From contig JAPOPA010000248.1 in the NCBI GenBank assembly GCA_026713145.1, forward strand, positions 1-47,476: 47,476 nucleotides of DNA. The letters run 5' to 3'. The notes beneath the pieces were generated by a model. That model saw only the letters and a list, made by a program, of their open reading frames with translations, did no database searches and was not told the origin of the DNA. Shown here one piece after another: positions 38,192 to 47,476 of the stretch (position 1 is the first letter of the stretch; every line of letters begins with the position of its first letter). The position numbers and the translations under genes were made by a program. The DNA comes from Chloroflexota bacterium. GTDB taxonomy: Bacteria; Chloroflexota; Dehalococcoidia; Lucifugimonadales; VXLM01.

Positions 38192-39781
38192 CTAACGCGC
38201 CTCCCGTATCCGCACCATCAGCTTGTCGCCGTCATGCCACGGCTGTTCCTCCACCGCCCATCTCAGGGTCCCATTCGCCGCATCGACCGTCGCTTCGTCG
38301 ACCTGTAGGGAGAGCGATACAGTACCGTCCAACTCGATGAAGTACAGCCTGTGACCCGTAAGCCCTGTATACGGACTGACCTTCACCTTCACCGAGCTGG
38401 ACTCATATGAAATGCCCTCGATACTCACAGACGCGCCGTTGGCGTCGGTGAAAGACGTGGGCTTTAGCACGCCGTTGGTGGAGTCGGCGGCGGTTGCCGG
38501 GCCGACGGTCACCGGGTCGAAGAATAGCTCGTGCAACGTGCCCTCCGGTGACTCGACTTTTACGAGCCACTTGACGCGGTACGGCGGGATGTAGTTGCAG
38601 GGCTTCATGCGGTGCTTCTGGATGTTCGTGTGGAACTCATACACCCGCGCGGGCAGAGGCCGCGTAGTGTAGTAACTGTGAGAGAAGCCGTTTAAGGCAT
38701 TCGTGTCTGTATCGCTCTGTTTCGTCGTGAACCAATCGGAGTCAGGCCCTTCTAGGAAGTGGGTGGGGTATCCGTCCTTAGCTCTACTCCTCTCTCCCAT
38801 GAGTGGGGTGTTGGTCGGCGATCCTGAAGGAATGGACACGTCGACTTGGCTCCAAAACGCAGGCGGATACGTCGGCCTGCCGTCGCGTTCATCTTGCTCT
38901 TTGGCTAACAGGCACTCTTTGTGGCCGGGTATCGAGCTGTCGACCTTGGCGGTCTCGGTCGTGATGTCGGCCTTCAGGTCTACCAGCGATTTCGTCGCAG
39001 GGAGATTCACGATTTTCGGGTCGTCAAGGTAGAACGTTTGACTCCCAGCCTCTCCTACCGAGACCGCAGGGAGCCACACCTGATTCTTCGTGCTGTGGAT
39101 GGTGTACTCATCCTCGCTCATTCTGGCATTCCCCCCGATTGACCGCTCCGAGACGAAGACATACTGGACAGTCGAAGGGACTCCGTCCTTCCAAGACTCA
39201 GAGACGTTGGATGCCAGCGACAGGAATATGATCGTGTCGCGCTCGTCCCAGTCGGTGACGCGCCGGGTTTCATTCCAAACTCTGCTTACTTCCAGGGCCT
39301 TGGCTTCTGTCTTGTAGGGCGCGGCGGGGACATTGTTTTCCCAGGGCTTGGATAGCAAGAGACCTACCACGACAGTCTCGCCGGGGCTTCCGTACAGGGC
39401 TTCCTTCATGTCGAACGTGAAGGCGACCGCTGGGGCGTATGCCTTCCGCTGACCGTAGTAGTACCACCACGAAGAGGGGGCTACTGAGGTCAATCTTGCC
39501 CTTGCGATCACATCGGATCGCAGGATGCGCTCGCTCAGCGACAGAGGACGGGGTTCTTCCGTATGTGTTGATGCCTCTGTCGCGCTGTCCCCAGCCTCTT
39601 CCCAACTGTACTCTATCGGCTCTGTCTGGATCTCCACGTCACGCAGTTCAGGTGGAACCATGGTCGCAACGGGTTGCGCGGTGGCGGGCACCGCCTGCTC
39701 GTCTCGATCTGTGATCACGGAGCAGGCCAGCGCTACTCCCACAACTGCCAACATAACGCAGATGACCGTCCTATACTTCAT
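38192..39781 (-). CDS. Large hypothetical lipoprotein
   Basis: AAGGAGG SD. Signal peptide with lipobox ALAC. No family recognised. Confidence 0.8.
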   Translation of the reverse strand: MKYRTVICVMLAVVGVALACSVITDRDEQAVPATAQPVATMVPPELRDVEIQTEPIEYSWEEAGDSATEASTHTEEPRPLSLSERILRSDVIARARLTSVAPSSWWYYYGQRKAYAPAVAFTFDMKEALYGSPGETVVVGLLLSKPWENNVPAAPYKTEAKALEVSRVWNETRRVTDWDERDTIIFLSLASNVSESWKDGVPSTVQYVFVSERSIGGNARMSEDEYTIHSTKNQVWLPAVSVGEAGSQTFYLDDPKIVNLPATKSLVDLKADITTETAKVDSSIPGHKECLLAKEQDERDGRPTYPPAFWSQVDVSIPSGSPTNTPLMGERSRAKDGYPTHFLEGPDSDWFTTKQSDTDTNALNGFSHSYYTTRPLPARVYEFHTNIQKHRMKPCNYIPPYRVKWLVKVESPEGTLHELFFDPVTVGPATAADSTNGVLKPTSFTDANGASVSIEGISYESSSVKVKVSPYTGLTGHRLYFIELDGTVSLSLQVDEATVDAANGTLRWAVEEQPWHDGDKLMVRIREAR

Positions 39782-40019
39782 AGGCGGTCACCTCCTTGCA
39801 AAACAAAACGCAGGCAGCACTGCCCGCGTCCCCCTCATTCACCTTAACGATACTATAGCCCATTCGATTTTCCCAATCGACGCCAGTCTTCATCGAGACC
39901 GGAGTCCTGCTACCGATTGCGCAGCGTAATTGCCTTTCATTCGACACCTAAAGTCGTTTACACAGGTTCGATCTACGTGCTAAACTTAACGTAGTGTCGG
40001 GGCGAAGGAGGGGTGTGAG

Positions 40020-40289
40020 TTGCTGGAAGACACGGCTTATGTCACTGGAATCATCCGTGACATTCTTCTTATCTTCGTCTTGGTCTTTACCGGCGTCGCT
40101 CTCTTTGTGGTCTTCAGAAAGCTGTCCAGCGTACTCGATTCGGTGGACAGCACGCTAAAGAGCACGAAGGAAGTGGCGGACGCGATATCGGAGCGGTTCG
40201 CAGAGTCGTCATCCTCGGGCGGAGGTGTGGCATCAGGGATTGGGAATGTCCTATCTTTTCTACTGCGACGATCTCGCGCGGATTCGTGA
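40020..40289 (+). CDS. Small membrane protein (YtxG/DUF948-like)
   Basis: AAGGAGG SD. One TM plus coiled coil, directly upstream of a YtxH-like gene. TTTACA-18-TAAACT upstream. Confidence 0.6.
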   Translation: MLEDTAYVTGIIRDILLIFVLVFTGVALFVVFRKLSSVLDSVDSTLKSTKEVADAISERFAESSSSGGGVASGIGNVLSFLLRRSRADS

Positions 40290-40319
40290 ATTCAGTTCAA
40301 TATAAGGAGGGTACATATC

Positions 40320-40730
40320 ATGGCTGACAACGATAGTGGAATGGCATTTGTTTCAGGGTTCCTGCTGGGCGGACTGGTCGGCGCGGCCCTAGGTCTGCTG
40401 CTGGCCCCCAAGTCCGGCGCGGAGACGCGGGCAGGAATAGCAGAGCACAGCGACGAGTGGAAGCATCGGGCCGAGGACATCGCAGATCAGATTTCCCACA
40501 ACATCACGCCCGCAATCGACAACCTGCGTCACCAGGTGGCGCCGGCGGTCGAGGTCGTCCGCGAGCGGATGGGCATGGAGCCCCCGGCGCCTCCGGTCGA
40601 GCCGGAGATGGCAAGCGCCAACGGCGCTAATGGTGCTAACGGTGCCGACGCGGAACCCGAACCGGAGATGGCAAGCGCTGACGTCGAAGAAGAAGCCCCC
40701 GAAGCGGCTCCCGCCGCCAAGGCGTCTTAG
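40320..40730 (+). CDS. YtxH-domain protein
   Basis: GFLLGGLVGAALGLLLAPKSGAETR. The tail has a 17-nt direct repeat (40602-40618 and 40662-40678) and an ANG triplication. Confidence 0.88.
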   Translation: MADNDSGMAFVSGFLLGGLVGAALGLLLAPKSGAETRAGIAEHSDEWKHRAEDIADQISHNITPAIDNLRHQVAPAVEVVRERMGMEPPAPPVEPEMASANGANGANGADAEPEPEMASADVEEEAPEAAPAAKAS

Positions 40731-40754
40731 GTTCAAATCAGCCCGAGGATTAGG

Positions 40755-40786
40755 AACGGGTGGCTCCCTGGGAGCCACCCGTTTTT
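40755..40786 (+). terminator. Intrinsic terminator
   Basis: AACGGGTGGCTCC-CTG-GGAGCCACCCGTT followed by TTT, between convergent genes. Confidence 0.9.
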
Positions 40787-40826
40787 GCTTAAGGGCATTT
40801 TCCGGAGTCCCTCACGAGAAGACTCG

Positions 40827-41558
40827 TCACCGGCTCCGCAATCCCACGACCAGCCCTACGACCCCGAGCACCGCCCCTGCCAGGCCGAGCGCCAGCGCCA
40901 CGATGGGCAGCACGTCGGATCCCTCTTCGGCGGCGTCCTGCGCCTGCTCCGCCGTGCTGATGGCGCCCCGAACGGCACTCTCGAGTTCCCGCGTCGATGG
41001 AAGCTCCTCCGGGAACTGGAGCGCCGCAAGCGGCCGGATATCGTCGAATCCGCCGCCGCCGCCATATGAGGCGAACGTCTCGTCGACCTGCAAACCCTCA
41101 ATCGCGCCGAAGACGCGGAACTCGTATACCCCGGGCGTCGTCGGCAACATGGGCGCCGTGTAGCGGCCCTTTTCGGCCGCGTCCGCTGTCAGATTGACGA
41201 CCCTCGAGGCCCCCGTGGGAACATAGATCACCTCAACCTGCAGGGTCTTCTCCAGGCCGGTCACGCCCGTGGAGTCGTCGTGATGGTCTCCGGCCATCAT
41301 CATGGTACCTCCCGAGTCATCGCCCTCACTCATCGTCGTAGACTCGCCGTGGTCACCTTCACCTTCAGCTACCCTGGCGATGCGGACCTCCACACCGTTC
41401 ATGAATCCCTCGTATGCCGGTTCCACAATCCATCCGATGTTGATGCTGTAGTCGCCAACCTCACGCCCCTCATGGGCGAGTACCGTGCCAACCGCCAGGC
41501 TCAGCACGGCGGCGACTGCTGACGCGAGCCAGAATCTCTTGTTGTATACGAACTGCAT
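40827..41558 (-). CDS. Secreted, C-terminally anchored His/Met-containing protein (possible metal binding)
   Basis: AAAGGAG SD. Signal peptide ending VLA-H, an His/Met-rich loop (GDHGE...MMMAGDHHDD) and a C-terminal TM helix. Confidence 0.8.
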   Translation of the reverse strand: MQFVYNKRFWLASAVAAVLSLAVGTVLAHEGREVGDYSINIGWIVEPAYEGFMNGVEVRIARVAEGEGDHGESTTMSEGDDSGGTMMMAGDHHDDSTGVTGLEKTLQVEVIYVPTGASRVVNLTADAAEKGRYTAPMLPTTPGVYEFRVFGAIEGLQVDETFASYGGGGGFDDIRPLAALQFPEELPSTRELESAVRGAISTAEQAQDAAEEGSDVLPIVALALGLAGAVLGVVGLVVGLRSR

Positions 41559-41663
41559 GATTGCTCCTTTCACGAACTGACGCCGCCCCGGTGAACGGGC
41601 CACGAGGCGATGCCACGCGGGAAGTCCGACCGGAACGATCAAGGTCGATGTAGAGAAAAGGAG

Positions 41664-42089
41664 CTAGGCGCGAGGAGGTCTCTTCGGAACTGCGAGAATC
41701 GCGTCGTTGGGAACGGGGGAATCGGGGGAGAGTCCGTAGCCTGACGGATCGTCGTCCGGTCCGACGAAGGGCGGCGACTGATGGATAGCGTGCACCGTCG
41801 CGTCGATCATTACCGGGCTGCTGCCGTCGTAGGAAGCCAGGTAGACGATGCCGTCCATCGGTGCTTCGAATGGATGGTAGTGGAAGTGGTCCTGCACCTC
41901 GAAGGGGTGCACGTGGTCGGGCCCGCCTGTCCCGAAGTACAGGTGCGTGTGATTGGGCAGGCGCTCGGCGTAGTGGTGGTCCAGCAGGGGTCCCAGCGTG
42001 GGCAGGAACACGGCGGCGGTCGCGGCCGTGGTGAAGATTGCGCTTAGCAGCGCACGCAACACTCGTCCTACCGTGAGACGCTCGTCCAT
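41664..42089 (-). CDS. His-rich small protein ending in PKRPPRA (candidate regulatory leader ORF)
   Basis: N-terminal hydrophobic segment, His clusters (DHH, HTH, HVH, HFHYH) and a Pro-rich C-terminus. Confidence 0.7.
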   Translation of the reverse strand: MDERLTVGRVLRALLSAIFTTAATAAVFLPTLGPLLDHHYAERLPNHTHLYFGTGGPDHVHPFEVQDHFHYHPFEAPMDGIVYLASYDGSSPVMIDATVHAIHQSPPFVGPDDDPSGYGLSPDSPVPNDAILAVPKRPPRA

Positions 42090-42122
42090 ATCTCAATTGT
42101 CCCACACAGGTCCAAAGCCTCG

Positions 42123-42983
42123 CTACACGTCCACGCTCATGAGTTCGCGGCCCCAGACGATCTCGCCGTCGTAGTGACGGGAAATGTCGCGGAGGGCCCG
42201 CTCGGTCTCGCCGGGAGCGTCCATGGCATCGGTCTGGTGCACGATGACGAGTCGCTTGGCGCCCGCGTCCTGGGCCATCTTTGCCGCCGTCTCGCTCCCG
42301 CACATGTACTCTTCCTCCGGTGTACCTTCCGCATCGTCCTCAATGTACGTGCAGAGGCAGACCATCGTGTCCACGTCCCTGGCGAGCTCAACGACGCTGT
42401 CGCACGGCCTCGTGTCCCCTGTGACAACGACGCTGCCTTCGTCGCTGTCGATGCGGTAGGCGAGAGAGTCCAGCCACGGCTCCACGTGCTCGGCGGGCGC
42501 TGCGCTCACCTCCCAGTCCGGGCCGTCGACGATCTTCCCCGGGCCGACATCCTTCGCGACCACGACAGGAGCCGGACGGGGTAGCACGCCGCCCCGCGAC
42601 GTGAAGGCGTTCAAGCTCAGCGGGTGGTTGATCCTGGCGATCCAGTCGTGGGCGAACGCGCCCTCTTGCTCGTCCATGATGCGATGCGTGATCCTCTCCG
42701 TCAGGTTGGGGCCGTACACCTGCAGGTCGCGTTCGCCGCCCGTGAAGAGGTTCCAGCGACTGAGTATGAAGCACGGGTAATCGACATCGTGGTCGAAGTG
42801 GTGGTGCGTGAAAAAGAGGTTCTCGATCTCGGTTAGCGGTATTCCCATCTTCACCAGCTTGTGCGTGGACGCGGGCCCGCAGTCGAACATCAGCCTCTCA
42901 CCCCCGACGTTCACGACGTAGCAGGACCCAAACCTCTCGGACGCCGGTGACGGAGTGCCCGAACCAATTATGTCGATCTTCAT
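42123..42983 (-). CDS. MBL-fold metallo-hydrolase (RNase Z/AtsA-like)
   Basis: Motifs GSGTP, FDCG, THHHFDH, TGDT, LVIVH. GGAGG SD. Confidence 0.9.
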   Translation of the reverse strand: MKIDIIGSGTPSPASERFGSCYVVNVGGERLMFDCGPASTHKLVKMGIPLTEIENLFFTHHHFDHDVDYPCFILSRWNLFTGGERDLQVYGPNLTERITHRIMDEQEGAFAHDWIARINHPLSLNAFTSRGGVLPRPAPVVVAKDVGPGKIVDGPDWEVSAAPAEHVEPWLDSLAYRIDSDEGSVVVTGDTRPCDSVVELARDVDTMVCLCTYIEDDAEGTPEEEYMCGSETAAKMAQDAGAKRLVIVHQTDAMDAPGETERALRDISRHYDGEIVWGRELMSVDV

Positions 42984-43268
42984 AGTGGCCTCCTCCTGTG
43001 GGGCTAACCGTTTGGAAACTCCCCAGTCCTGGCAATTTAAGTGACTTCTGCCGAGCGTTGTTCCCGTTAACCCTCAGCATCGTTACGCCCCGCGCGCGGG
43101 GCCATGCCTGGGTGTTAGTAAGTGCCATGCAATCACCTTTTATCTCTCCCCCGCCGAGGGAGAGATACAGAGAGGGGGTTTCTGCAGTTACTTGTGAGCT
43201 TACCCCAGGGTGGTTCCCCGTTCGACAGGGTCACCGCGAACGGTCTATAGGTGGTCTGCGAATGCTCA

Positions 43269-44183
43269 TCACTCGTCGTCGCCTGTTGGGACCGGGGTCT
43301 GGCCGATGGCGTCGAGCCGGCGCTTAGCCTCGGCGTATACGTCCTCCGAGAGGGGGCCGCGCATGACGGCTTCCACGTTCTCGCGGAGGTGTTCCACACG
43401 AGTCGTGCCGACGATGATGGAGTGGGCGTGCGGGTGCGAGAGCGTGAAGCGGAGCACGAACGCCGAGCGGCTCTCTTCCGGTTCGAGCAGCTCGTCCAGA
43501 CCTGCCCGCTCGAACTGGCCCCACGTCCCGGCGCCGTCCCCGGACGACTTCTCGCCCTGGGCCACGCCGCCACGGATGATGATGCCCACGCCCGCCTCGG
43601 CGGCCTTGGTGATCCAGTCCTCGTGCTCCCGTTCCAGCGCGGAGTAGGGGATCTGCATCGTGTCGAACACGTCCCAGTCGAGGAAGGTCGGCAGGTACGG
43701 AAGGGTCGTCGAGATGCCGAGGTGTCGCACCTTGCCGGAGTCGCGCATCTCCCTCATGGCGTCGACGAGTTCGCCGTCCTCGACCTCGGCAACGGTGGGG
43801 TTGTGCGGCTGGATGATGTCCACGCTATCGCGGCCCAGCCGTTCGAGGCTCCCATCGATGTTGCTCAGGAAGTTCGAGCGCGACCAGATGTGGCCGGAGC
43901 TGTTGCGGTCGGGCTGGGTGTCGGTGCAGCCGCACTTGGTAGCCAGCCGAAACTCGTCGTAGCGTTCGCTCAGGATCCTGCCTATCCACTCCTCGGCGAA
44001 CATGTAGTCATACGCCGTGTCGAGGAAGTTGATGCCGTGATCGAGCACCTCGTTGTAGACCTCCGACGCGGCCTCCTCCGTCCAGTGGTGCCGGTCGGGT
44101 CGCCAGAGGGCCGTCCCGAACCCTAGACGCGTGACCTCGATGCCTGTCCGGCCCAGTATCGCTGTGGGCAGTCCTTCGCTCAT
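43269..44183 (-). CDS. Aldo/keto reductase
   Basis: LGRTGIEVTRLGFG, DTAYDY, ATKCG, GKVRHLGIS, QIPYS. Confidence 0.93.
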   Translation of the reverse strand: MSEGLPTAILGRTGIEVTRLGFGTALWRPDRHHWTEEAASEVYNEVLDHGINFLDTAYDYMFAEEWIGRILSERYDEFRLATKCGCTDTQPDRNSSGHIWSRSNFLSNIDGSLERLGRDSVDIIQPHNPTVAEVEDGELVDAMREMRDSGKVRHLGISTTLPYLPTFLDWDVFDTMQIPYSALEREHEDWITKAAEAGVGIIIRGGVAQGEKSSGDGAGTWGQFERAGLDELLEPEESRSAFVLRFTLSHPHAHSIIVGTTRVEHLRENVEAVMRGPLSEDVYAEAKRRLDAIGQTPVPTGDDE

Positions 44184-44343
44184 AATCGGCTCCTCTCCCC
44201 CGGTCTCAGTGTGCCCTCGGCAGGTCGGCCGTATGGTATCACGGAGAGGGATGGCAACAATCGGTTCCTCCCCATCCATGCCGTGCACGCCTCCCCGAAT
44301 TTAGGATACCCTTTGAGATCGAAACTCTAGCGGCCATAGGAGA

Positions 44344-45537
44344 GTGTCGATGACGGAAGCTGGCGGATTCAACCTTGAGACCCTGTTCTCGTCACGCGTG
44401 CCGGAGCCCACGCCGGCGCGGGTCATCAACCGCGCGAAGTACGACTTCGCGATCGCCTATCCCGACCCCGAGACGGTTCCCACGGAGGCGCTCGCCGAGT
44501 GCCTCAGGGACGCTGTTGCGGAGGAGGGTCGCGAGCTCGCCATCTACCCGCACGACCAGGGCTATCCGCCCCTTCGCGAGTACGTCGCCGGCAAGCTGGC
44601 GCGCGACCGCGGCATCGAGACCGAACCTGACAATATTCTCCTGGCCGACGGCTCAAGCCAGCCGAACCATATCCTCATCGAGGCCCTGATCGACCCCGGC
44701 GACGTGGTCTTCACCGAGGACTACGTATACAGCGGGACCCTTCGGCAGCTCCAGCGTTTTCAGGCGGACGTTCGCGGCATCGACTGCGATGACGACGGAA
44801 TGCTGCCCGACGCGCTAGAGTCCGCCATCGTCCATGAGAGGAACGAGGGCAGCCGACCCAAGCTCATTTACACCATCCCGACGTTCCAGAATCCCCAGGG
44901 GTGGACGATGACGCTGGAGCGACGGCAGGCCATGCTCGATGTGGCCCGCAGGCAGGGCGTCGCCATCATCGAGGACGACTGCTACGTCGACCTACGCATC
45001 GAGGGCGAGAATGTGCCCTCCATCGCATCGCTGGACGAAGACGGCGTGGTGAGCTACGTCGGCTCGTTCTCGAAGATCACCGGCCCGGGCATGAGGCTCG
45101 GTTACGTCGTAGCCTCCGAGGAGATGCTGCTGCGGCTCAGGCCCATCAAGAGCGGCGGCGGCGTCAACCAGTTCGCCTCGTGGGCCATCCACCGGTTTGC
45201 CGAGCGGCACCTCGACGACCACATTCGGAAGATCAATGGCGTCCAGCGTGTGAAGCGCGACGCCATGCTCTCCGCCTTGGGGGAGAACTTCGGCTCGGAG
45301 GCCACGTGGAGCAGGCCCGACGGGGGCCTCTATGTGTGGCTGGAACTTCCCGAGGGGGGGGGTTTCGTTGACGCGCAGGACGCCGCGTGGGAGGCTGAGG
45401 TCGGCTACCAGGCCGGTCCCATATTCTCTCCTGACGGGGTATCGGCGAGGAACTACGCCCGCCTGTGCTACGGGTACAATAAGCCCGACGAGATTCGCGA
45501 GGGCATCGCGCGACTGGCCGACGTACTCAACCGATAG
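44344..45537 (+). CDS. PLP-dependent class I/II aminotransferase (2-aminoadipate transaminase-like)
   Basis: YTIPTFQNPQG, EDDCY, GSFSKITGPGMRLG. Confidence 0.92.
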   Translation: MSMTEAGGFNLETLFSSRVPEPTPARVINRAKYDFAIAYPDPETVPTEALAECLRDAVAEEGRELAIYPHDQGYPPLREYVAGKLARDRGIETEPDNILLADGSSQPNHILIEALIDPGDVVFTEDYVYSGTLRQLQRFQADVRGIDCDDDGMLPDALESAIVHERNEGSRPKLIYTIPTFQNPQGWTMTLERRQAMLDVARRQGVAIIEDDCYVDLRIEGENVPSIASLDEDGVVSYVGSFSKITGPGMRLGYVVASEEMLLRLRPIKSGGGVNQFASWAIHRFAERHLDDHIRKINGVQRVKRDAMLSALGENFGSEATWSRPDGGLYVWLELPEGGGFVDAQDAAWEAEVGYQAGPIFSPDGVSARNYARLCYGYNKPDEIREGIARLADVLNR

Positions 45538-45560
45538 GGCCGGCTGTCGACTTAGCTAAC

Positions 45561-46586
45561 ATGAAGATCCTCGGCATCGAGACATCCTGCGACGAGACGG
45601 CCGCCGCCGTCATCGAGGACGGGCGGACGATTCACTCGAACGTCGTCGCGACACAGATCGACATGCACGCCCAGTACGGCGGCATCGTGCCGGAACTTGC
45701 CTCGCGCCAGCACATGCTCACGTTCAACGCCGTGATCAGAGAGGCCATGGACAAGGCTTCGATGGAGCTGCGCGACCTCGACGGCATCGCCGTCACCTTC
45801 GGCCCGGGTCTCGCGGGGGCGCTCCTCGTCGGAGTGAACGCCGCAAAGGGTCTGGCCCTCGCCGAGGAGACCCCGCTGGTGGGCATCAACCACCTCGAAG
45901 GTCACATCTACGCCGCATGGCTGGAGGATGTCCCCGATCCCGCCAACGATCCGGGATTCCCCCTGCTCTGCCTGATCGCGTCGGGCGGACACACCGACCT
46001 CGTGCTCATGCGCGATCATGGCCGCTACGAGCTCGTGGGGCAGACGCGCGACGACGCGGCGGGTGAGGCGTTCGACAAGGCCGCGCGCGTCCTCGGACTT
46101 GGATTCCCCGGCGGACCCGAGATCCAGAAGATGTCCGAGCGCCCGCACGGGCCCGAGAAGCGGTTTCCCCGTCCCAACGTCAAGAACTCGCTCGACTTCA
46201 GCTTCAGCGGACTCAAGACTGCCATGCTCCACCGCGCGCAGGAAAAGGGCTGGTACCCGCCCGGTGAGGACGACATCGACGAATCGGAGCTGGCCGGGGT
46301 CGCGGCAGCGTTCCAGGAGGCTGTCGTGGACAGCATCGTCACCCGCTGCGTGGCAGCAGCGAAGGAGTACCGGGTAGCCGGAATCGTGCTGGGAGGGGGT
46401 GTCGCCGCCAACAGTCTCCTCCGCAAGGAGGCACTCGCCCGCTCGCCCGTGCCCGTCATCGTCCCGCGACCGGGTCTCTGCACCGACAACGGAGCAATGA
46501 TCGGCGCGGCAGCCTGGCATCATCTCAAAGACGCTCCCCAGTACGGCTGGGACCTCGACGTGGTGCCCACCCTGCGGTTGGGGTAG
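45561..46586 (+). CDS. tsaD: tRNA N6-threonylcarbamoyladenosine transferase subunit
   Basis: GIETSCDET, HLEGH, SGGHT, DDAAGEAFDK, FSFSGLKT, CTDNGAMI. Confidence 0.97.
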   Translation: MKILGIETSCDETAAAVIEDGRTIHSNVVATQIDMHAQYGGIVPELASRQHMLTFNAVIREAMDKASMELRDLDGIAVTFGPGLAGALLVGVNAAKGLALAEETPLVGINHLEGHIYAAWLEDVPDPANDPGFPLLCLIASGGHTDLVLMRDHGRYELVGQTRDDAAGEAFDKAARVLGLGFPGGPEIQKMSERPHGPEKRFPRPNVKNSLDFSFSGLKTAMLHRAQEKGWYPPGEDDIDESELAGVAAAFQEAVVDSIVTRCVAAAKEYRVAGIVLGGGVAANSLLRKEALARSPVPVIVPRPGLCTDNGAMIGAAAWHHLKDAPQYGWDLDVVPTLRLG

Positions 46587-46699
46587 GGGGTTTTCTCCCA
46601 AGGGTAACCCCTGCCCGGTCTCGTCAGCCCCACGTCCCCTTCCGCCATTCCCACACAAGCGGGAATCCACAGACGTGACACCCCTCTATAATGACGACA

Positions 46700-47182
46700 A
46701 TGCGTTCACTCCTTGCAAGCGTCGTTCTGTTCCCCTTCAAGCTGCTCGGCAAGCTCCTGGCGTGGCGTTGGAAGAAGACTCGTACCGCATGGCGGTCAGC
46801 CTGGCGTGAACCGGCACGACTTCTGAGGTTCCTCTACCTCATCTTCGGACTCCTCATCGCGAACGCCTTGGTCCCCGTCGCATTCGGCCAACTGGGGACG
46901 GTGGGCGGAGTCACTTACCTGTTCGCCTTGTTGCTGGCGACTTTGGACGCCACGTTCTTCAGGGCGGTTCGGGTGGGTCGCTTCAAGTACGTGCCGCTCG
47001 GTCTGACGGCACCGTTCCTGATACTTGTGGGCGTGGCCGCTTCCTTGGCCATCAGGCCGCTGCTCGGCGATGCGAAGAACGCGGCATTGGCCGAGGATTT
47101 CGTAGGAGCCGTCATCATCCTGGGGGTGTTCGCCCTGCTGACGCTGTGGTTCCGGCGATGGCAGAGCGGGAGCCTGTACTGA
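46700..47182 (+). CDS. hypothetical membrane protein, possibly leaderless
   Basis: About 4 TM segments. TATAAT (46687-46692) ends 7 nt before the ATG at 46700. Confidence 0.7.
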   Translation: MRSLLASVVLFPFKLLGKLLAWRWKKTRTAWRSAWREPARLLRFLYLIFGLLIANALVPVAFGQLGTVGGVTYLFALLLATLDATFFRAVRVGRFKYVPLGLTAPFLILVGVAASLAIRPLLGDAKNAALAEDFVGAVIILGVFALLTLWFRRWQSGSLY

Positions 47183-47203
47183 CGCTGTCCTGAGAGGTTG
47201 GCT

Positions 47204-47476
47204 CTACCCCGGCGCGAAGTAGGTCGCGCGGGAGGATGGATCGTCGTCTTCATCGTCCGAGCGGCCGCCTCTTGTCTTGGTCTCGAACAGCCGGTTGGTG
47301 AACGCGTAGACAAGCTCCGGGTCCACCGACCGGTGGACGTTCATCGTCATCTGCGATCCTCCGGCGCTGATGGCCATCTGGAAGAGAGGGGGAGTGTTGA
47401 GCCGGTCCCACCCGAGGTACGCTCCCTTGAGGATTAGCACGCCCGCCGCCACCACGTCCAGCACAGGACTGTCCCA
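47204..47476 (-). CDS. hypothetical protein, 5' truncated by the window edge
   Basis: Open frame reaches the window end and has host-like codon usage. Confidence 0.55.
   Translation of the reverse strand, partial: WDSPVLDVVAAGVLILKGAYLGWDRLNTPPLFQMAISAGGSQMTMNVHRSVDPELVYAFTNRLFETKTRGGRSDDEDDDPSSRATYFAPG

Noticed and set aside
40602-40678. 17-nt direct repeat in the ytxH-like gene as a mobile-element scar
   Set aside because: An in-frame 60-bp-period duplication in a low-complexity tail, consistent with ordinary slippage.

Overview
GC-rich (~60%, by eye) bacterial window. Gene content suggests a marine Chloroflexota (Dehalococcoidia/SAR202-like) genome; this is inference. It holds about 47 CDS and I recognise no rRNA, tRNA or CRISPR array. 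Housekeeping and metabolic genes (thiE, Na+-type hppA, glmU, tsaD, Ldh2-family dehydrogenase, aminotransferase, aldo/keto reductase, OmpR-type two-component system) are mixed with defence and mobile DNA: a probable IS end at the left edge, an m4C-type restriction-modification pair, hicBA, a low-GC Abi-type gene, a solitary Phd antitoxin and several dispersed palindromic repeat families. The most unusual part is a ~15.5 kb locus (17.2-32.7 kb). It contains parts of the polyamine-linked DUF350/DUF4178/K+ channel/Gly-Ser-tailed lipoprotein module, joined to a divergent SecA paralog, a Cys-His-Asp transglutaminase/NAT-fold enzyme, a GNAT-like protein and DegV. A divergent, apparently leaderless nspC-like/DUF3326/acyl-CoA ligase/DMT operon completes it. 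Other highlights are a His-rich ORF ending in RPPRA-stop whose stop codon overlaps an exact anti-SD for the next gene (candidate metal-sensing ribosome-stalling leader), a translin/C3PO homolog with an apparent CTG start, and a terminator-like hairpin in the leader of the Na+-pyrophosphatase gene. Family calls come from recognised motifs only; no database searches were run.
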